Shown in pieces: positions 25,150-38,892 of a stretch of DNA of 64,000 nt. The stretch is from Eledone cirrhosa. Taxonomy: Eukaryota. The notes beneath the pieces are model-generated. The model worked only from the letters and a program-made list of their open reading frames with translations. It was not told the DNA's origin and searched no databases. The DNA is taken from positions 131,874,001 to 131,938,000 of the forward strand of contig OZ024742.1 in NCBI GenBank assembly GCA_964016885.1, given 5' to 3'. Position 1 is the first letter of the stretch. Every line of letters starts with the position of its first letter. Made by a program: the position numbers and the translations under genes.

Positions 25150-26774
25150 TACGGGACAACAGGTTATCGTTATAGGCAATCCACTTAGATGTAGTCCAGT
25201 TAGAGTACTCCGTGTTGTGAATGGTATTAACGTATGGCTTAGTTTGACTCAACAAGACGTTTCCATAGTGATACTGCGAGTTCGCGGTGATTTCTATGTA
25301 GTTTATACTTGGAGTAATAACAATTTCAAGAAAGAAGAGTGACATGGTTGGCTATACAATAAGGGCTTTATTCACATTGTTGATAATTGTTTATTTGATC
25401 TGGTAGGTCTAGAGTTCGCTAATCGCTTGATGTTGCGTCAATCTATCCGCAATACTTTTTTATAACCAGTCGGTTCATCAGAGCGTGCGAAAGTGAGGAA
25501 GATACTCAAGGCATGGCTTTTATAGAGGAGTGGTATTAAACCAGAACAATAATATCAATAATAAAATACCTATATATTGAATAGTTAACATCAATATAAG
25601 TAAGAAATAGAGTATAATGATAAATCTAGCATATTAAACGAACTGATATGATACAGATGTATGAAATTGACATGTGAAAACTCCTATAGGGTAACATTAG
25701 ATGTAGTATTAAGGTGGTGAAGCGTTAGCTGATAAAATGTACTTGGAATCAGGATTTAGGAGCAATTATGACGTATATACGTGTGCTGTAGGTCTAAACG
25801 CACACTAACAATAAACCGGAGATTGATTTATAGTTTGACAGATAAGTATTTTCGTTGTATCAACTTAGTGAGAATGATAGTGTGGGTGCATAGAGATATA
25901 TGGTTCTTATGTGGTATTAAGTGAAGTTGTAAATTCGGTATTTAAAGGTTTAGATGGCCTATTCTAAAAGTTGGGATTATTAGTTCGAATCATGGGGGTT
26001 TAGCTTTCACAACATCAATAACAAATAGTGTATAAATACAACAATAATAACAACAATAATAGAGACAATAAAAGTAATAAAATAATAAAATATGCATGGT
26101 AAATAGAGAGAACATGATGAATAAAATTAGGGATACATTAAGATGATCATAATAATAATGAGAAGAAAATAAGATTTCAAGAGTGTAGGATTAATAAGGT
26201 TGTTCTTAGAATTAAGTTCATCTGTTAGAGATCATGAGTGTTAATATGAGATACGTAGATATAATTGTTTGGTCCGAAGGAATAAACAACAGCAAAGATG
26301 GGATGGATTTATGGGCTGACAAGATAATTGTAGACATTACTGCCCCATCCTGGTGGTATAGATGTAGGGAGGCTAGAAGGTGTTTATAGAAGATTATGGT
26401 TCTGAAGTGGGCTGTGTGAGAATGCGGATTTCATATGTTAAATGTTAAGTGATTTTCCAGTAATATAGGGGATGCTGGTTCGAATCACGGTGGTTTAAAT
26501 CTCGTGAATTTTGTAGCAATCCTATGTTTGGAGAAAATTGACCTTTCTATTTTGCTGTTGAGTAGATTTTATCCTCTATAAAAGCCATGCCTTGAGTATC
26601 TTCCTCACTTTCGCACGCTCTGATGAAACGACTGTTATAAACAAAGTATCGTAGATCGATTGACGCAACATCAAGGGATTAGCAAACTCTAGACCTACCA
26701 GATCAAATAAACAAGTGTCAGCAATGTGAATAAAGCCCTTATTGTATAGCCAACCATGTCACTCTGCTTTCTTG

Positions 26775-26778
<4 letters not shown>
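25150..26778 (-). mobile_element. (TA)n-flanked PLE-like module with approx. 205-bp inverted arms around a 1-kb strand-biased spacer
   Basis: Arms 25325-25529/26572-26776; arms contain CTGATGA but no clean GAAA; minus-strand tail begins TTACTCC and ends GGAGTACTC. Confidence 0.7.
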
Positions 26779-26812
<34 letters not shown>

Positions 26813-26820
<8 letters not shown>

Positions 26821-27652
26821 CGTAAAATAAGAAAATTATAAAATTAACTTACTTACTAAAATTTCACTCCAACTAATTAGTTTCTGAAAGGGAATAAACA
26901 TACTTTCCGAAGAAACGTACGGAGAAGCCATTCGTCATCTGGGAAGTCTATTCTCAGCTAAGTTTCCAGGCAATACGTGGACACAGGGAACTTATACAAA
27001 AATAATTCAGTGGATGGAAAAAAGCAAAGCGTGGACTACATTCCAAGCCATTGAGAAAATCACTGCCTACTGCGTCAGTGGCAAGTTCAAAAGAATCAAT
27101 CACGTGGCATCGAGGTCAATCAGTGAAGAGTGGTTTGTTAAGAAGACAGCAGCCGGACTGTTACTATAGTAGCAGTTTTGGCCAATTTTTGCTCGACAAA
27201 ATAATTTTGAGATAATTATAAAGAATTAGTATATCTAGTAACATATATATAAATAGATGCATACTTATGCTAGCAGATATATATGTTTTGTCTTAGTAAC
27301 TTTGTGGTTCAATGCATGGGGATGCAGAACAATAATATGAGAGACGTAAAATAAGAAAATTATAAAATTAACTTGCTTACTAAAATTTCACTCCAACTAA
27401 TTAGTTTCTGAAAGGGAATAAACATACTTTCCGAAGAAACGTACGTCATCCATAAGCCTTTCGTCATCCGGGAAGTCTATTCTCAGCTAAGTTTCCAGGC
27501 AATACGTGGACACAGGGAACTTATACAAAAATAATTCAGTGGATGGAAAAAAGCAAAGCGTGGACTAAATTCCAAGCCATTGAGAAAATCACTGCCTACT
27601 GCGTCAGTGGCAAATTCAAAAGAATCAATCACGTGACATCGAGGTCAATCAG

Positions 27653-27656
<4 letters not shown>
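26813..27656 (-). mobile_element. (TA)n-flanked partial-tandem module (approx. 315-bp direct repeats, period 524)
   Basis: Copies 26813-27127/27337-27656; minus strand has ATGACGA...GAAA-CTAATTAG-TT and stem-loop TGTTC-T-GCAT-CCCC-ATGC-ATT-GAACC at about 27306-27331. Confidence 0.78.
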
Positions 27657-27737
<81 letters not shown>

Positions 27738-27741
<4 letters not shown>

Positions 27742-28082
27742 GTATAGTCGTAGCTATGGTACTTCCGTAGGCGGTATGCCAAAATTAGCACTCGATATTC
27801 ATCAGAGTAGAGTGTAGATATTATAAAGTAAACGAAAAATCAGTGATGAATCTGGACTTAGTTTATTTCGTATTACAAATGTTTCGCCGGCATGTAGCTC
27901 GAGGCATGGTCCTTGTATGGATCTGCTCCGGACATAACACCCGTGTCTGAAAGAACCCGCAGAAGTAGAATCAGCCAGATCCATACAAGGACCATGACTC
28001 GAGCTACATGCCGGCGAAACATTTGTAACCCGATATAAACTAAGTCCAGATACATCACTGATTTTTCGTTTTCTTTATAATA
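27738..28082 (-). mobile_element. (TA)n-flanked fold-back module with a hammerhead-like motif in the inverted arm
   Basis: Arms 27819-27925/27976-28082; plus strand CGTGT-CTGAAAGA...GAAA-CATTTG-TA-ACCCG at 27942-28032; minus tail TACTC-T...ATC-GAGTG. Confidence 0.75.
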
Positions 28083-28698
28083 TATATATATGGATATATA
28101 TATATATATATATACACATACAAAGTATGATTTGTCTGGCACCCACTACAACATAAATGAAAAGAAAGAACTAGTACTCAGTCTGATAGGACACGGGAGA
28201 CATGTTTCCATGTGAAACTGCGATTAACCAGATTAAGATTTAAGGTAAATACATGGTTGTATTATTGATTATAAATTAGACCACATAAAGTATTTCATAT
28301 TAACAAGGAATAGAAAATAGATTCATAAATTATCAACACATTTAACATACTTGACAGTTAAGTCCTCCAGCGGGAAAATACATATATCTTGATAGAAAGG
28401 CTTAGTGTTAACACAGATTTCTATTCAACCAATGAACGAAAGCTTCTATCTATTTATTCATTCATTAATTCATCAATTTATTGATTCCTTGCATCACTCA
28501 GGGTGTCAGGCAGGAATTCAGACAGGTCTACAGACAGCCAGCCAAACAGATGATCAGTCATTTGCAGTCACTTATTTATTATTTGATAATGTATGGTATC
28601 AATCGATTTTGATAAATATTCTTTCACTCCTTCTATCCACAGATCATATTTACTGTGAAATATGAGCTCCGTCTGTTACCAAGATAAAAGGTACTAAA

Positions 28699-28777
<79 letters not shown>

Positions 28778-28778
28778 G

Positions 28779-28816
<38 letters not shown>

Positions 28817-29111
28817 ATGACAGATATATAATAAACATACAAGTAGTTAACAATACGCATCATAACTCATCAAATAAAAAGAAGAGAGATTCAGTACTCA
28901 ATAAGTAATCAAATAAATAATAGTAGTAAGAGCTATGGCAACGCTTGTGTGAAAGGTGGAAATGAATTTGAAAAATATGTACTACATACACACATACATA
29001 CATACATACATACATACACACATACATATTCACATACATACATACACACCTCTACATACATGCACATATATAACTCAAAACATACATACACAATAACATC
29101 CGTACCTACAC

Positions 29112-29161
<50 letters not shown>

Positions 29162-29509
29162 TAATGCTGACATATATACCTAGTTGATGTTCTCTGAATT
29201 TCAATGAAAGAGTTTTGTGTCTATGTTAAATACCGACACTCACTCTCTTGACAGAAATGTATATAGTTATAAAACGAGAAGAACATACATATATATATAT
29301 GTTAATTGCTACTTCTTTTCTGAAGGTGGCCATCCTTTAATTGAGCATTGCGCAATCATATGCATGCATGTGACTTTTCAGACCCGCTTTTATTTTGCAG
29401 GCTCATTCATAGATGCGACACCTGAACTGTTTGTCTCCAGCCAGTACTGGCAAGTGTGCGTCGTCATGAATTCTACCATGTCAGGTCAGTCCCCCATCTG
29501 TTCATAACA

Positions 29510-30590
29510 CAGAGAGATGAGGAGGGCGAGAGAAAGGGAGGCGATGACAGTGGGAGTTCGGCTCTTCCGTGTGACAGATTAATGTAGAACTTTAATGATG
29601 AGAAATTAACATTAATAGATACTAGTCTCTCAGGCGCAATTTCTGCTGGACTTTTGCACTTGGATCCTGCTTACAGAGTGAACGCTTCAAAGCAGCATGC
29701 TCCACTCGTCTTTTCTCAAAGATATCATATACATACTTGATGATCATTCCCCATGTTCTTCAGCCAATGCCTCACAGTGCTTTATATCAATCTTCAGAGT
29801 TTTACGATTGTCTTTTATGACAACCCTAAACCGCTTCTTTGGTTTATGCTATGGCATTTTCCCTCTGTTCAGCTCCCGAGAAAATAATAATTTAGACAGC
29901 CTTCCATTCTCCATCCTGTTTACACCAGGAATCATGAATTGGTGGACTGAAAACTTTAAAGATCTGTTTGTTAACCCATCTCTAGTTGATAAGGAAATTA
30001 TTAATGTACTGCCGTAAAAAGGAGACTGTAACAGATATGATGAATTATCCAACCACTGATGAGTTAAGTTCTACTGTCAAAGAGAAACAATAGAGACAAC
30101 TTAAGATTTGGATGGAATACCTATAGATCTGAACCGCTTTGGAGCAAGCAATGTTGCTATAGCCATTCATGGGCTTGTTTCATATATATAAGACATGGTG
30201 AACCTGACCTACAAGACAAGATAGATGTCATTTTGCTGTCAATTTATAAGGGCAATAGGTTCAAGTGAGAATGCGATGATTATCATGATAAATGTCTGCT
30301 TGAGTCGATAGAAAATGTCTTACCAAAGGTCTTGTTGAATTGCCTAATACTGTTAATCGTAGTTCATTGTGGATCATATTGGGGAAACCGCCAAAAATGG
30401 TTTGAATATTGAAAAAATCCCCATCAATATGGAGTCCCTGGCACACTGCAAGACACTTCCATCTGAAATTTCGAGAGGGCGCAACGGCAGGTACAATGGG
30501 CGATAGGCTGTTTGCAGGGCTTGATAAAAGAAACCATAGTTTTCGGTGAATATTACTGGATTTATTCTGCAAAAATGGTCCACCATCTAC
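29510..30590. mobile_element. Very degenerate RTE/BovB-like LINE remnant in two opposite orientations
   Basis: Minus strand MENGRLSKLLFSRELNRGKMP..KPKKRF (C-terminus); plus strand WTENFKDLF and IYKG...CDDY (pre-RT region). Confidence 0.55.
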
Positions 30591-30640
30591 TTGGAAATTT
30601 CATACAAATTATACTATTCTAGTCCCCACCTTATTTCTCT

Positions 30641-30788
<148 letters not shown>

Positions 30789-31494
30789 TTAAAAAAATAG
30801 AGGTGTAAAACACGCGTTGTGATATATTAGTAAAAGGAAAAATTTGTCACCATTTTCTTTTCCTTTTACTAATATAATATATATATACATTATTAATTGA
30901 GCCCTTATACATATTTCAATGACGATCGATATTGTGATTTCTTAATCAACAACAATTGATTAAAAGGTAACATTTCCGAGGCACTTTTGTGTGGAAGGGA
31001 GCGGACTAAAGAATTGTGTGTTTTTGCATGGAGCGCACGCATATTATTTTCTACAATCGCATGCATGTATTGCACATGTACTGACACACTACCACCCATA
31101 TCTTTAGATTGTTTATGTCGCACAAATGCCGCCTGATAGGAACACTTAGGTGACACATAATAAATTAAAAGTGAAGCACAAAATGGATGCATACATGGCT
31201 AAACTTGACTAATACGCCCAACAAACGTAAGAATATTTCATCAATTGAAACACCAATATAAAGGCTACGAAAATAAATGTAAATTACCATTAGATAGTAG
31301 GAAACTGAGGAATTGGCGAGGAGTGAATGATCTCAAAAGACTCCATCAATCAAGATAAGGTTGGAACAATTTGACAGCTGGCCTGAGGGGAGAAACTGAG
31401 AAATACTACTACTAAATGTTGATCAATTTTAGACTTTCGGTTCTCATATCTCTATGTAAAATATCGTCTGATATATTATATATATATATATATA

Positions 31495-31996
31495 TAAATT
31501 TAAAGGCTATATAAATATAACTTAGACAAAGTCATAGATACATATATGTTTTTGGCAACCATTCACGGTGTGGCTCAATGAAGAATTAATTAGATAATTA
31601 ATAATCAGAGCAATATATAAAAAAGTAAGTCCAAAGAATCATTAGATAAAATATATACAGTATTATCTCTCCCAATCAGTATAAATCAACCATACAAATA
31701 ATCATTTAAACGAGGCTATAAGTTTAAAATGTACTTTTTTCTTCTAACTTCGATTTTGTACCTAATTACGTGTAGTTAACTATATGTCTAGTCAATTTCT
31801 ACTGCCTAATAGAAATATTAGGTAGATATTTTGTAGCTGTACGTCGTGGATAAGAAGCTATATCATGTGTCTATTATTTCTTCATAAGTACATTTTAAAC
31901 TTATAGCCTCGTTTAAATGATTTTTTGTATGGTTGATTTATACTGATTGGGAGAGGAAATACTGTATATATTTTATCTAATGGTTCTTTGGACTTA

Positions 31997-32005
<9 letters not shown>
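31495..32005 (-). mobile_element. (TA)n-flanked fold-back module
   Basis: Approx. 120-bp arms 31614-31736/31886-32005; minus tail TGCTC-T...ATT-GAGCC directly after the arm; no clean HHR. Confidence 0.75.
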
Positions 32006-32058
<53 letters not shown>

Positions 32059-32294
32059 GCTATATCAGATTATTTCTGGGGAAGACGTTGAGATAGATCT
32101 AGAATATCGAGACTTGTAATGTTCGTAATTCCTTGAACTAACTAAGAACCTATGTTTGTCATTTGTTTTGTTTTCATTGTTCAAAATACACACCCACACT
32201 CACACAAATATATATATATATATATAAATATATATGAATAAATATATAGGACCCCGACGGCAGAGGTCACGCCGTTTCGACGGCTATTTCTGGA

Positions 32295-32458
<164 letters not shown>

Positions 32459-32489
32459 AAGGCTTAACAAATCGTAATTTTATTACTAT

Positions 32490-32660
32490 TAGTAGTATCG
32501 GTAGAGTGTAGGACGCCATGCTTTCCACCATCGGGTTACGTCTCTTTACGGACTGAGTTCAAGTCCTGCCGAGGTTAACTTTGCCTTCCATCCTTACGGA
32601 GTCGATAAAATAAAGTAGCAGTAATTGCTGACTTTGTGCCCAAAGTAGAAACAATTATTA
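32490..32660 (+). mobile_element. Family-A SINE
   Basis: Family-A core and tail. Confidence 0.8.
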
Positions 32661-32663
32661 TTA

Positions 32664-32707
<44 letters not shown>

Positions 32708-33369
32708 GAAGGATAGACAAGACAAAGAGATTGAAAAATACAAACTCTTATTAGTCTCACGTTCATGCAGAAATAAGTGAGGGTTTCGTCATATCAGGAA
32801 ATGGAGGTTTTGGAAAACAAGAGAAAAATGTTGGAACGTCGGACGTTGGATAAAAACAAATGAAGGGATCTGGTGAGGGGAGGCGTTAGTCCGACGTTCG
32901 GGTCTGTGGTCCTATCTGTCATCTATGTGCTATTACGTCTGTGCTGATGAAATGCATTTCGTGAGTATGCATTATTGCCTCTGTGTGTGCGTTGTTTGTG
33001 TATCGTTGATCAAATTGTCCATAGTTTGTGTGAGTGTGTGCGCATGCGTATTGTATATATTTTTGTTTGAATGCGTGTGAATGTTTCTGCATGAGAGTTT
33101 GTATATGTGAATTTTTTGTATTGTTTGTGTATGTCAGTGTGCACGTTTTTGTGTGTGTGAGTGCCTGTCTCTGACATTTTTTATCTAGATTCTGTTGTGT
33201 CTTTGGGTGTGTCTGTTTGTACTCATATATGTGTGCGTGTGTGCATGTTTATGTGTCAGTGTGTGTAAGTGTATGTGAGTATACACGTGTATGTCTGTAT
33301 AATGTATATATTTTAGTGTGCACGTGTACACACACGTGGCTGTGGTTTATGCACACACACACACACACG

Positions 33370-33416
<47 letters not shown>

Positions 33417-33949
33417 ATGCACACATACACACACACGCACCCACACACAGATATATATATATGTGTGTTTAAGTGGTGCGTATGTGTGTGTGTGTGTGTG
33501 CAAGGTAGTGTGCTTTAATGTGTTAATGTGGAAGTTGGATCTGGGTCTGTCAATGTGTTTAGGTGTGTGTGTTTGCATAAGCTTGTATTGATATATGTAC
33601 CGCTGTTTCCTAAAACCTGGTCTTGAGAGTGGCAGCAGCATGTGGCTTAGTGGTCAAGGCTTGGCTACTTCAGGAAGTGGTCAGGAGAAGAGTGGATGGG
33701 ATGTCTGTGCCGCACACAAGGAACGGAATTGTATGTGGTGAAGGAGTTGCTACGCAGAAAAAAGGATAGGCTGGCAAACTTTTTGACTATATTGTGGTGG
33801 TGGTGGTGGTGGTAGTGGCAGCGGTGGTGTGTTTGAATGGGAGAATTGGTAGTAAAGGAGTGTTCTGTCTAATGTTTGAGTTGGCTCTATAGTAGGTTAA
33901 CACGTATTAAATACACAAATAACACGAAATGGACTTCTCTATGTGTGTA

Positions 33950-34013
<64 letters not shown>

Positions 34014-35141
34014 TGTGTGTGTGTGTGTGTGTTTATGTGTGTGTGTCTGTGTGCATTTCTGTCCCCATGCGTGACTATCGCGACTTTCATACAGCAGGTC
34101 CATAGAACTGGCATGAGACTTAGCAGCTGATCACGCTAATCAAAGAATTGTCTAAATTCAGCGATTGACAGATGAAATATATCTGTCAAGGGTGACTACT
34201 TATTTGTTAGTTATCTAGAAAACAATGAACAACAAGCCGTTGCTATTAATGTAAAATCTAGTGGATTTTTTTGTTGTTGAAATTTATTTATTTGTAAGTA
34301 AGCTAGCACTTAATTTACCTTAGATGAAGGGTTGGAGTATATATTTGATTTACTTAAAATAGCCACATGGTGGCAGGGCTGACACAAGACTATCTGGCAC
34401 CATAGGGATGGGTAGATTCTGGCGTCCCCACCCCCGGAAAATATCAATTTCAAAGTTTATAAACAATAAACTTTAAAAAATATTTTTTAACATTTGAGCC
34501 CAGACCAGGGTAATTAAAAAATATATTCACCCTTGTGCTCAAATGTCCGGACACCCCAGAAAAAGCACTTCTCGATACTATTTTATTACCTTTGCCTTTC
34601 ATCCTTTCGGGGTCGATAAAAAAATGTACCAGTAATGTACTGGATAAATGCTGGCCTTGCGCCAAAAGTAGAAACAACTATTTTATTTACAAAATTTAGC
34701 CAAGAATAAACAAACATAAAGATAGACATTAGTGTTCAACTAACATCATAATGGACAGTTGAACAGACGCTCTATATTAATCAGGGGTGGTGGAACTGGG
34801 GCGCTAGGGGGGCTATGACCACCCAATAATAATATTTTTCTCTCCAAACTACCAAAACACATCTCTATTTGTATATGCACTACAATTTATGTAAATATTA
34901 TGTAGAGATATATGGGAGTGATAGATATACATATTGAGAATGGGAGAGTTTGGTGGTAATTTATATATAGAGAGTTGAGATGGGGATTAGGAGAGTGTGT
35001 TGTGTGGTTGATGTAGGGAGGGGTAGAGTTTCGTGGTAATGACTAGAGTGAAAGCTCGATATATTAACTCCTTAGGTTAATCTTTATATATTAATCCTTT
35101 ATGATTTAAAACACACACACACATATATATCTATATATATA

Positions 35142-35885
35142 TATATGAATTATAAGGGGCATATAATCCGAAAAGTACGCTCCCCAGACTATGAAAATGT
35201 CGCAGTGCATGAAATCCATATCATCGCTTCGCTACGCATTTCCAATATTTTTAATGCTTACATTATTTTTAATACTTATATTATTTCTCCACACACAGGC
35301 TATAACAATCATATAAACAATTCATTACCAGATCAACCCTCTTAACACTCTCGATTACGTGCTTAAGTGCTTCTATTACACGTAACTCTCCGCCACACTA
35401 TATAAACAAGGCGCACGTGCTTGCCACACATATAACCATTGCATCTATAACCGCTTAATTTCATGTTGTATTTTAACCTGTATTTTTGATTGTATCTTTT
35501 AATATGAATGTAATCTCTAAATGTGTACTGCCACACTAAATGCTGTAATGAATGTTGACCCACAATATTTGCATATGTATCTGTATGTCTCTTGGGTGAA
35601 AAGGAGGTCATATAAGTGTTCATTCAATAATAAATTGCTCCGAAGAATCCAAACCTCGGTTTGGAGGAAACAGTTGTAAGCATAAAACTGTTTTGAACAG
35701 TTCTTTGATTCTTATAATTCATATAACTGCTCTGTAAATCATCTGATGTTATTACATTGAGCTATTTAACTTACTGGTAATAAGGTAGTAGTATACTGCC
35801 TACCACTATTTAGGGTTTATAAAAATATATATAACTACAAAAGGTTTTTGTATTTGCATAACCATAAATAGTATAATCAATACTA
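35142..35885 (+). mobile_element. (TA)n-flanked hammerhead module with a short inverted arm
   Basis: Arms TATATGAATTATAAG (35142-35156)/CTTATAATTCATATA (35711-35725); then TGCTC-T-GTAA...TTAC-ATT-GAGCT at 35728-35763. Confidence 0.72.
35636..35682 (+). ncRNA. Minimal type I hammerhead motif (U4C variant)
   Basis: Stem I TGCT/AGCA; CCGAAGA; stem II TCCAAAC/GTTTGGA; GAAA; stem III CAGTTG; GUA triplet. Confidence 0.75.
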
Positions 35886-37078
35886 TATATATATATATAT
35901 ATATATATAGTGGCAGTGGAACTGGGGGCTACAATCATTATATTTTCACCCCCAAACTACCAAAACACACATCTATTTGGATATGTGCTACAATTTATGT
36001 ACATGTTATATTTATCGTATATCGAAGTTGTCTGACCATTTTAGAGTGCAAAGGGCTAAACTAATCACTACAACTAAATTGTCCAAATTTGGACCCCAAA
36101 TTCAGAAATGCTTCCACCGCTCCTGCTAATACACCTCAAACCAAATTTAACATGAAGCCTAAGCATGTTCCATTGATATAGTTGCCAAGCCAACTGGTGT
36201 CTCTTGCAACATTGTAGAGTGAATGTAAGATTCTATAAGCTTGAGTTTTGAGAAACTACATTCACCATTTGCCACTGATACCTGAAGTGTAAGAAGAATC
36301 CTCAATGCAATAGCAACATTAGGGAAATTATCTAAAAGTTTTGTAGGAAAAACACGTCGGCTATAAAGACACGCGAGAATAATGCGTCCTGAAAGTTTCG
36401 CATAAACGCGATTTTCACTCACTCGTTTTGGTTGTTCTGATCAGACTGAATCTACCCGATTATTTGTCCCTGTATGAAATAAACAACGATAAAAACTACC
36501 CTCAATAAAACTGATATTTATTTATTTATTTTTCAAAATTTTTGTTGATTTGGAGAAATGCGTCCCGTGAAATCAGCGCCCTCGGCTACTGCCTGGTTTG
36601 CCTATATGTTAGCGCCGACCCCGAGTGGTGGTGTTTATATTTCATGCATTTATAATAAAATAAGTGGAGTGGGTGATAACTATTTATTATGCAATGTAAT
36701 GGGACTATGTTTGCCTTGGGTACGTATGTGTGTCCCAAGCGGTGACACAGGGGTTGGTCACGAACAATTAGATATTATATTTCTGTAATGGAGTGCTAGG
36801 ATGGCTGTTGTCGCTTTAATGCCACTATCATAAAAATGTTGTACTACTTACCTATTTAGGAGTAAATGTATGTGGCTGAAGGGTTGGATGTCAAGTTGAC
36901 TATTGAAGGTGTTATCGTTGTGGCAATTCTCAAAAATCAAAATTTCAAGAATTTTGTTTATGTGAGTTTGTGTATGTATGTGTACAGCTATTTTTTTTTT
37001 ATTTTGTTTTGTTTCTTTCTACGTCCGAATAACGATAACAACAACTAACATAATAATATAGTTATAAAACTGAATGCT

Positions 37079-37835
37079 TTGCAGCATGACCTGCAAATCA
37101 TTATGAACAATATCAATGTCGAAGCAGGAAGCTTAGGTCTCAATACCAGTGCTAAGAAGACCAAAAGCATGTTATCTGGGACACACCCATCACCAACTAG
37201 TGTTTTCATTGAACAGGGGGAGGTGGAGATAGTGGACAACTTCACCTACCTAGGAAGCTCCATTGACAATGGGGGCGCCATGGACAGTGAATTGCAATGT
37301 AGAATGGGAAAGGCTTCAGCAGCATTTAACCAGCTTGTCAAGATCTGGAAGAGCAGGAAGTTCACCCTCAAAACAAAGATGAGATTCTACAACAGCAACG
37401 TGCTGTTCACACTCTTGTACGGAAGTGAAACATGGCACCTTAAGACCAGCCAAGAGAAGAAGTTGGACGCATTCGATTCCAGATGTCTGCGAAAGATCCT
37501 GGGGATTAAATGGAGTGACCATGTAACAAACCAAGAAGTCAGGAACCGCACCAACCAGCAGCTAGTCTCTTCTGCCATCTGCAAGCGACGCCTGGGCTGG
37601 TTTGGGCACGCTTTGAGACTTCCCCCGGAGAGACTGGCGAACCAAGTACTTAAATGAAACCCACAGGGAAGCAGACGGAGAGGGCGACCCAAAATGAACT
37701 GGCGCCAGATACTTGAGAGGGACCTGCGAGCGACAAACAGACAATGGCGGTACGCTGTGCAACGGGCTGCTGACCGAACGCGGCGGAACACTATGATTGC
37801 CTCATGCGTCGCAAGACGCGGGAGCTTCTGAGTCT
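37079..37835 (+). mobile_element. 5'-truncated RTE-type LINE (RT C-terminus) with one in-frame stop
   Basis: GLNTSAKKTK, VDNFTYLGS, LLYGSETW, RRLGWFGH, then *NPQGSRRRGRPKMNW; tail CTGAGTCTGAGT. Confidence 0.88.
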
Positions 37836-37839
37836 GAGT

Positions 37840-38892
37840 TTGCAGCATAGAGTTATGGCCCTTTATGATCTGAGTTCCAATCCCGCCGAGGTTAACTTTG
37901 CCTTTCATCCTTACGGGGTCGATAAAATAATGTACCAGTAATGCACTGAGATAATTGTTGGCCTTGTACCAAAAATATAAACAATTGTGGATTGGCAGTA
38001 TTGGTAGAGGGTCAGACGCCATGTTTTCCAGCATAGTTACGTCTTTTTACGATCTGAGTTCAAATCCCACCGAGGTTGACTTTGCCTTTCATCCTTACGG
38101 GGTCGATAAAAATAAAGTACCAGTAATGCACTGGGTATTTGCTGGCCTTGTGCCTAAAGTAGAAACAATTATTATCATTAACATTACTATCATAATCGTT
38201 CCTACTTTAGGCACAAGGCCAGTAGTTTTTTTTTTCATGGGACGGGAAAGTCGATTAAATCGACCCCAGTGCATTACTGTTGCTTCATTTATCGACCCCG
38301 TAAGGATGAAAGGCAAAGTTAATCTCGGAATAATTGTTTCTAGTTTTGGCACAAGGCCAGCAATTACCCAGTACATTACTGGTACTTTATTTTATCGACG
38401 CCCGTAAGGATGAAAGGCAAAGTTAACCTAATAATGGTCCATCAGCAACATGAACAAGAATTGTATGTGACCGCGTGTGTGTTCATGTGTGTGTGTATGT
38501 ATGTGTGTGCATGCATATGTGTGTTGGGTTTATATGATTCAGTAAGCATCCAGGTACACAAATATATTTTCTTTATGTTGAATAAATATATTTTATTTTA
38601 TTTATATTTGTGATAACAACAATAGCAATATTAATTTTGTTAACAATTTCATTAGCAAGATGAAGATTGTTACGTTTCCGTGTGTATGGGTGGCAGTTAG
38701 ACACTATTAATTGTTTCTACTTTAGGCACAAGGCCAGCAAATACCCAGTGCATTACTGGTACTTTATTTTATCGACCCCGTAAGGATGAAAGGCAAAGTC
38801 AACCTCGGCGGGATTTGAACTCAGATCGTAAAGGGACGTAACTATGCTGGAAAGCATGGCGTCCGACCCTCTACCGATACTGCCAATCCACC
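37840..38892. mobile_element. Cluster of about five young family-A SINEs (two plus, three minus)
   Basis: Plus 37840-38170; minus 38195-38430 and 38708-38892. Confidence 0.87.

Larger units (their letters stand above)
34374..36623 (-). mobile_element. Deleted hAT transposon with nested SINE, hAT-type MITE and hammerhead module
   Basis: Ends CAGGGCTGACAC.../...GCGCCGACCCCG; flanks CATGGTGG/AGTGGTGG resemble an 8-bp TSD; hAT dimerisation motif FPNVAIALRILLTLQVSVANGECSFSKLKLI...STMLQE at 36159-36335. Confidence 0.72.
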
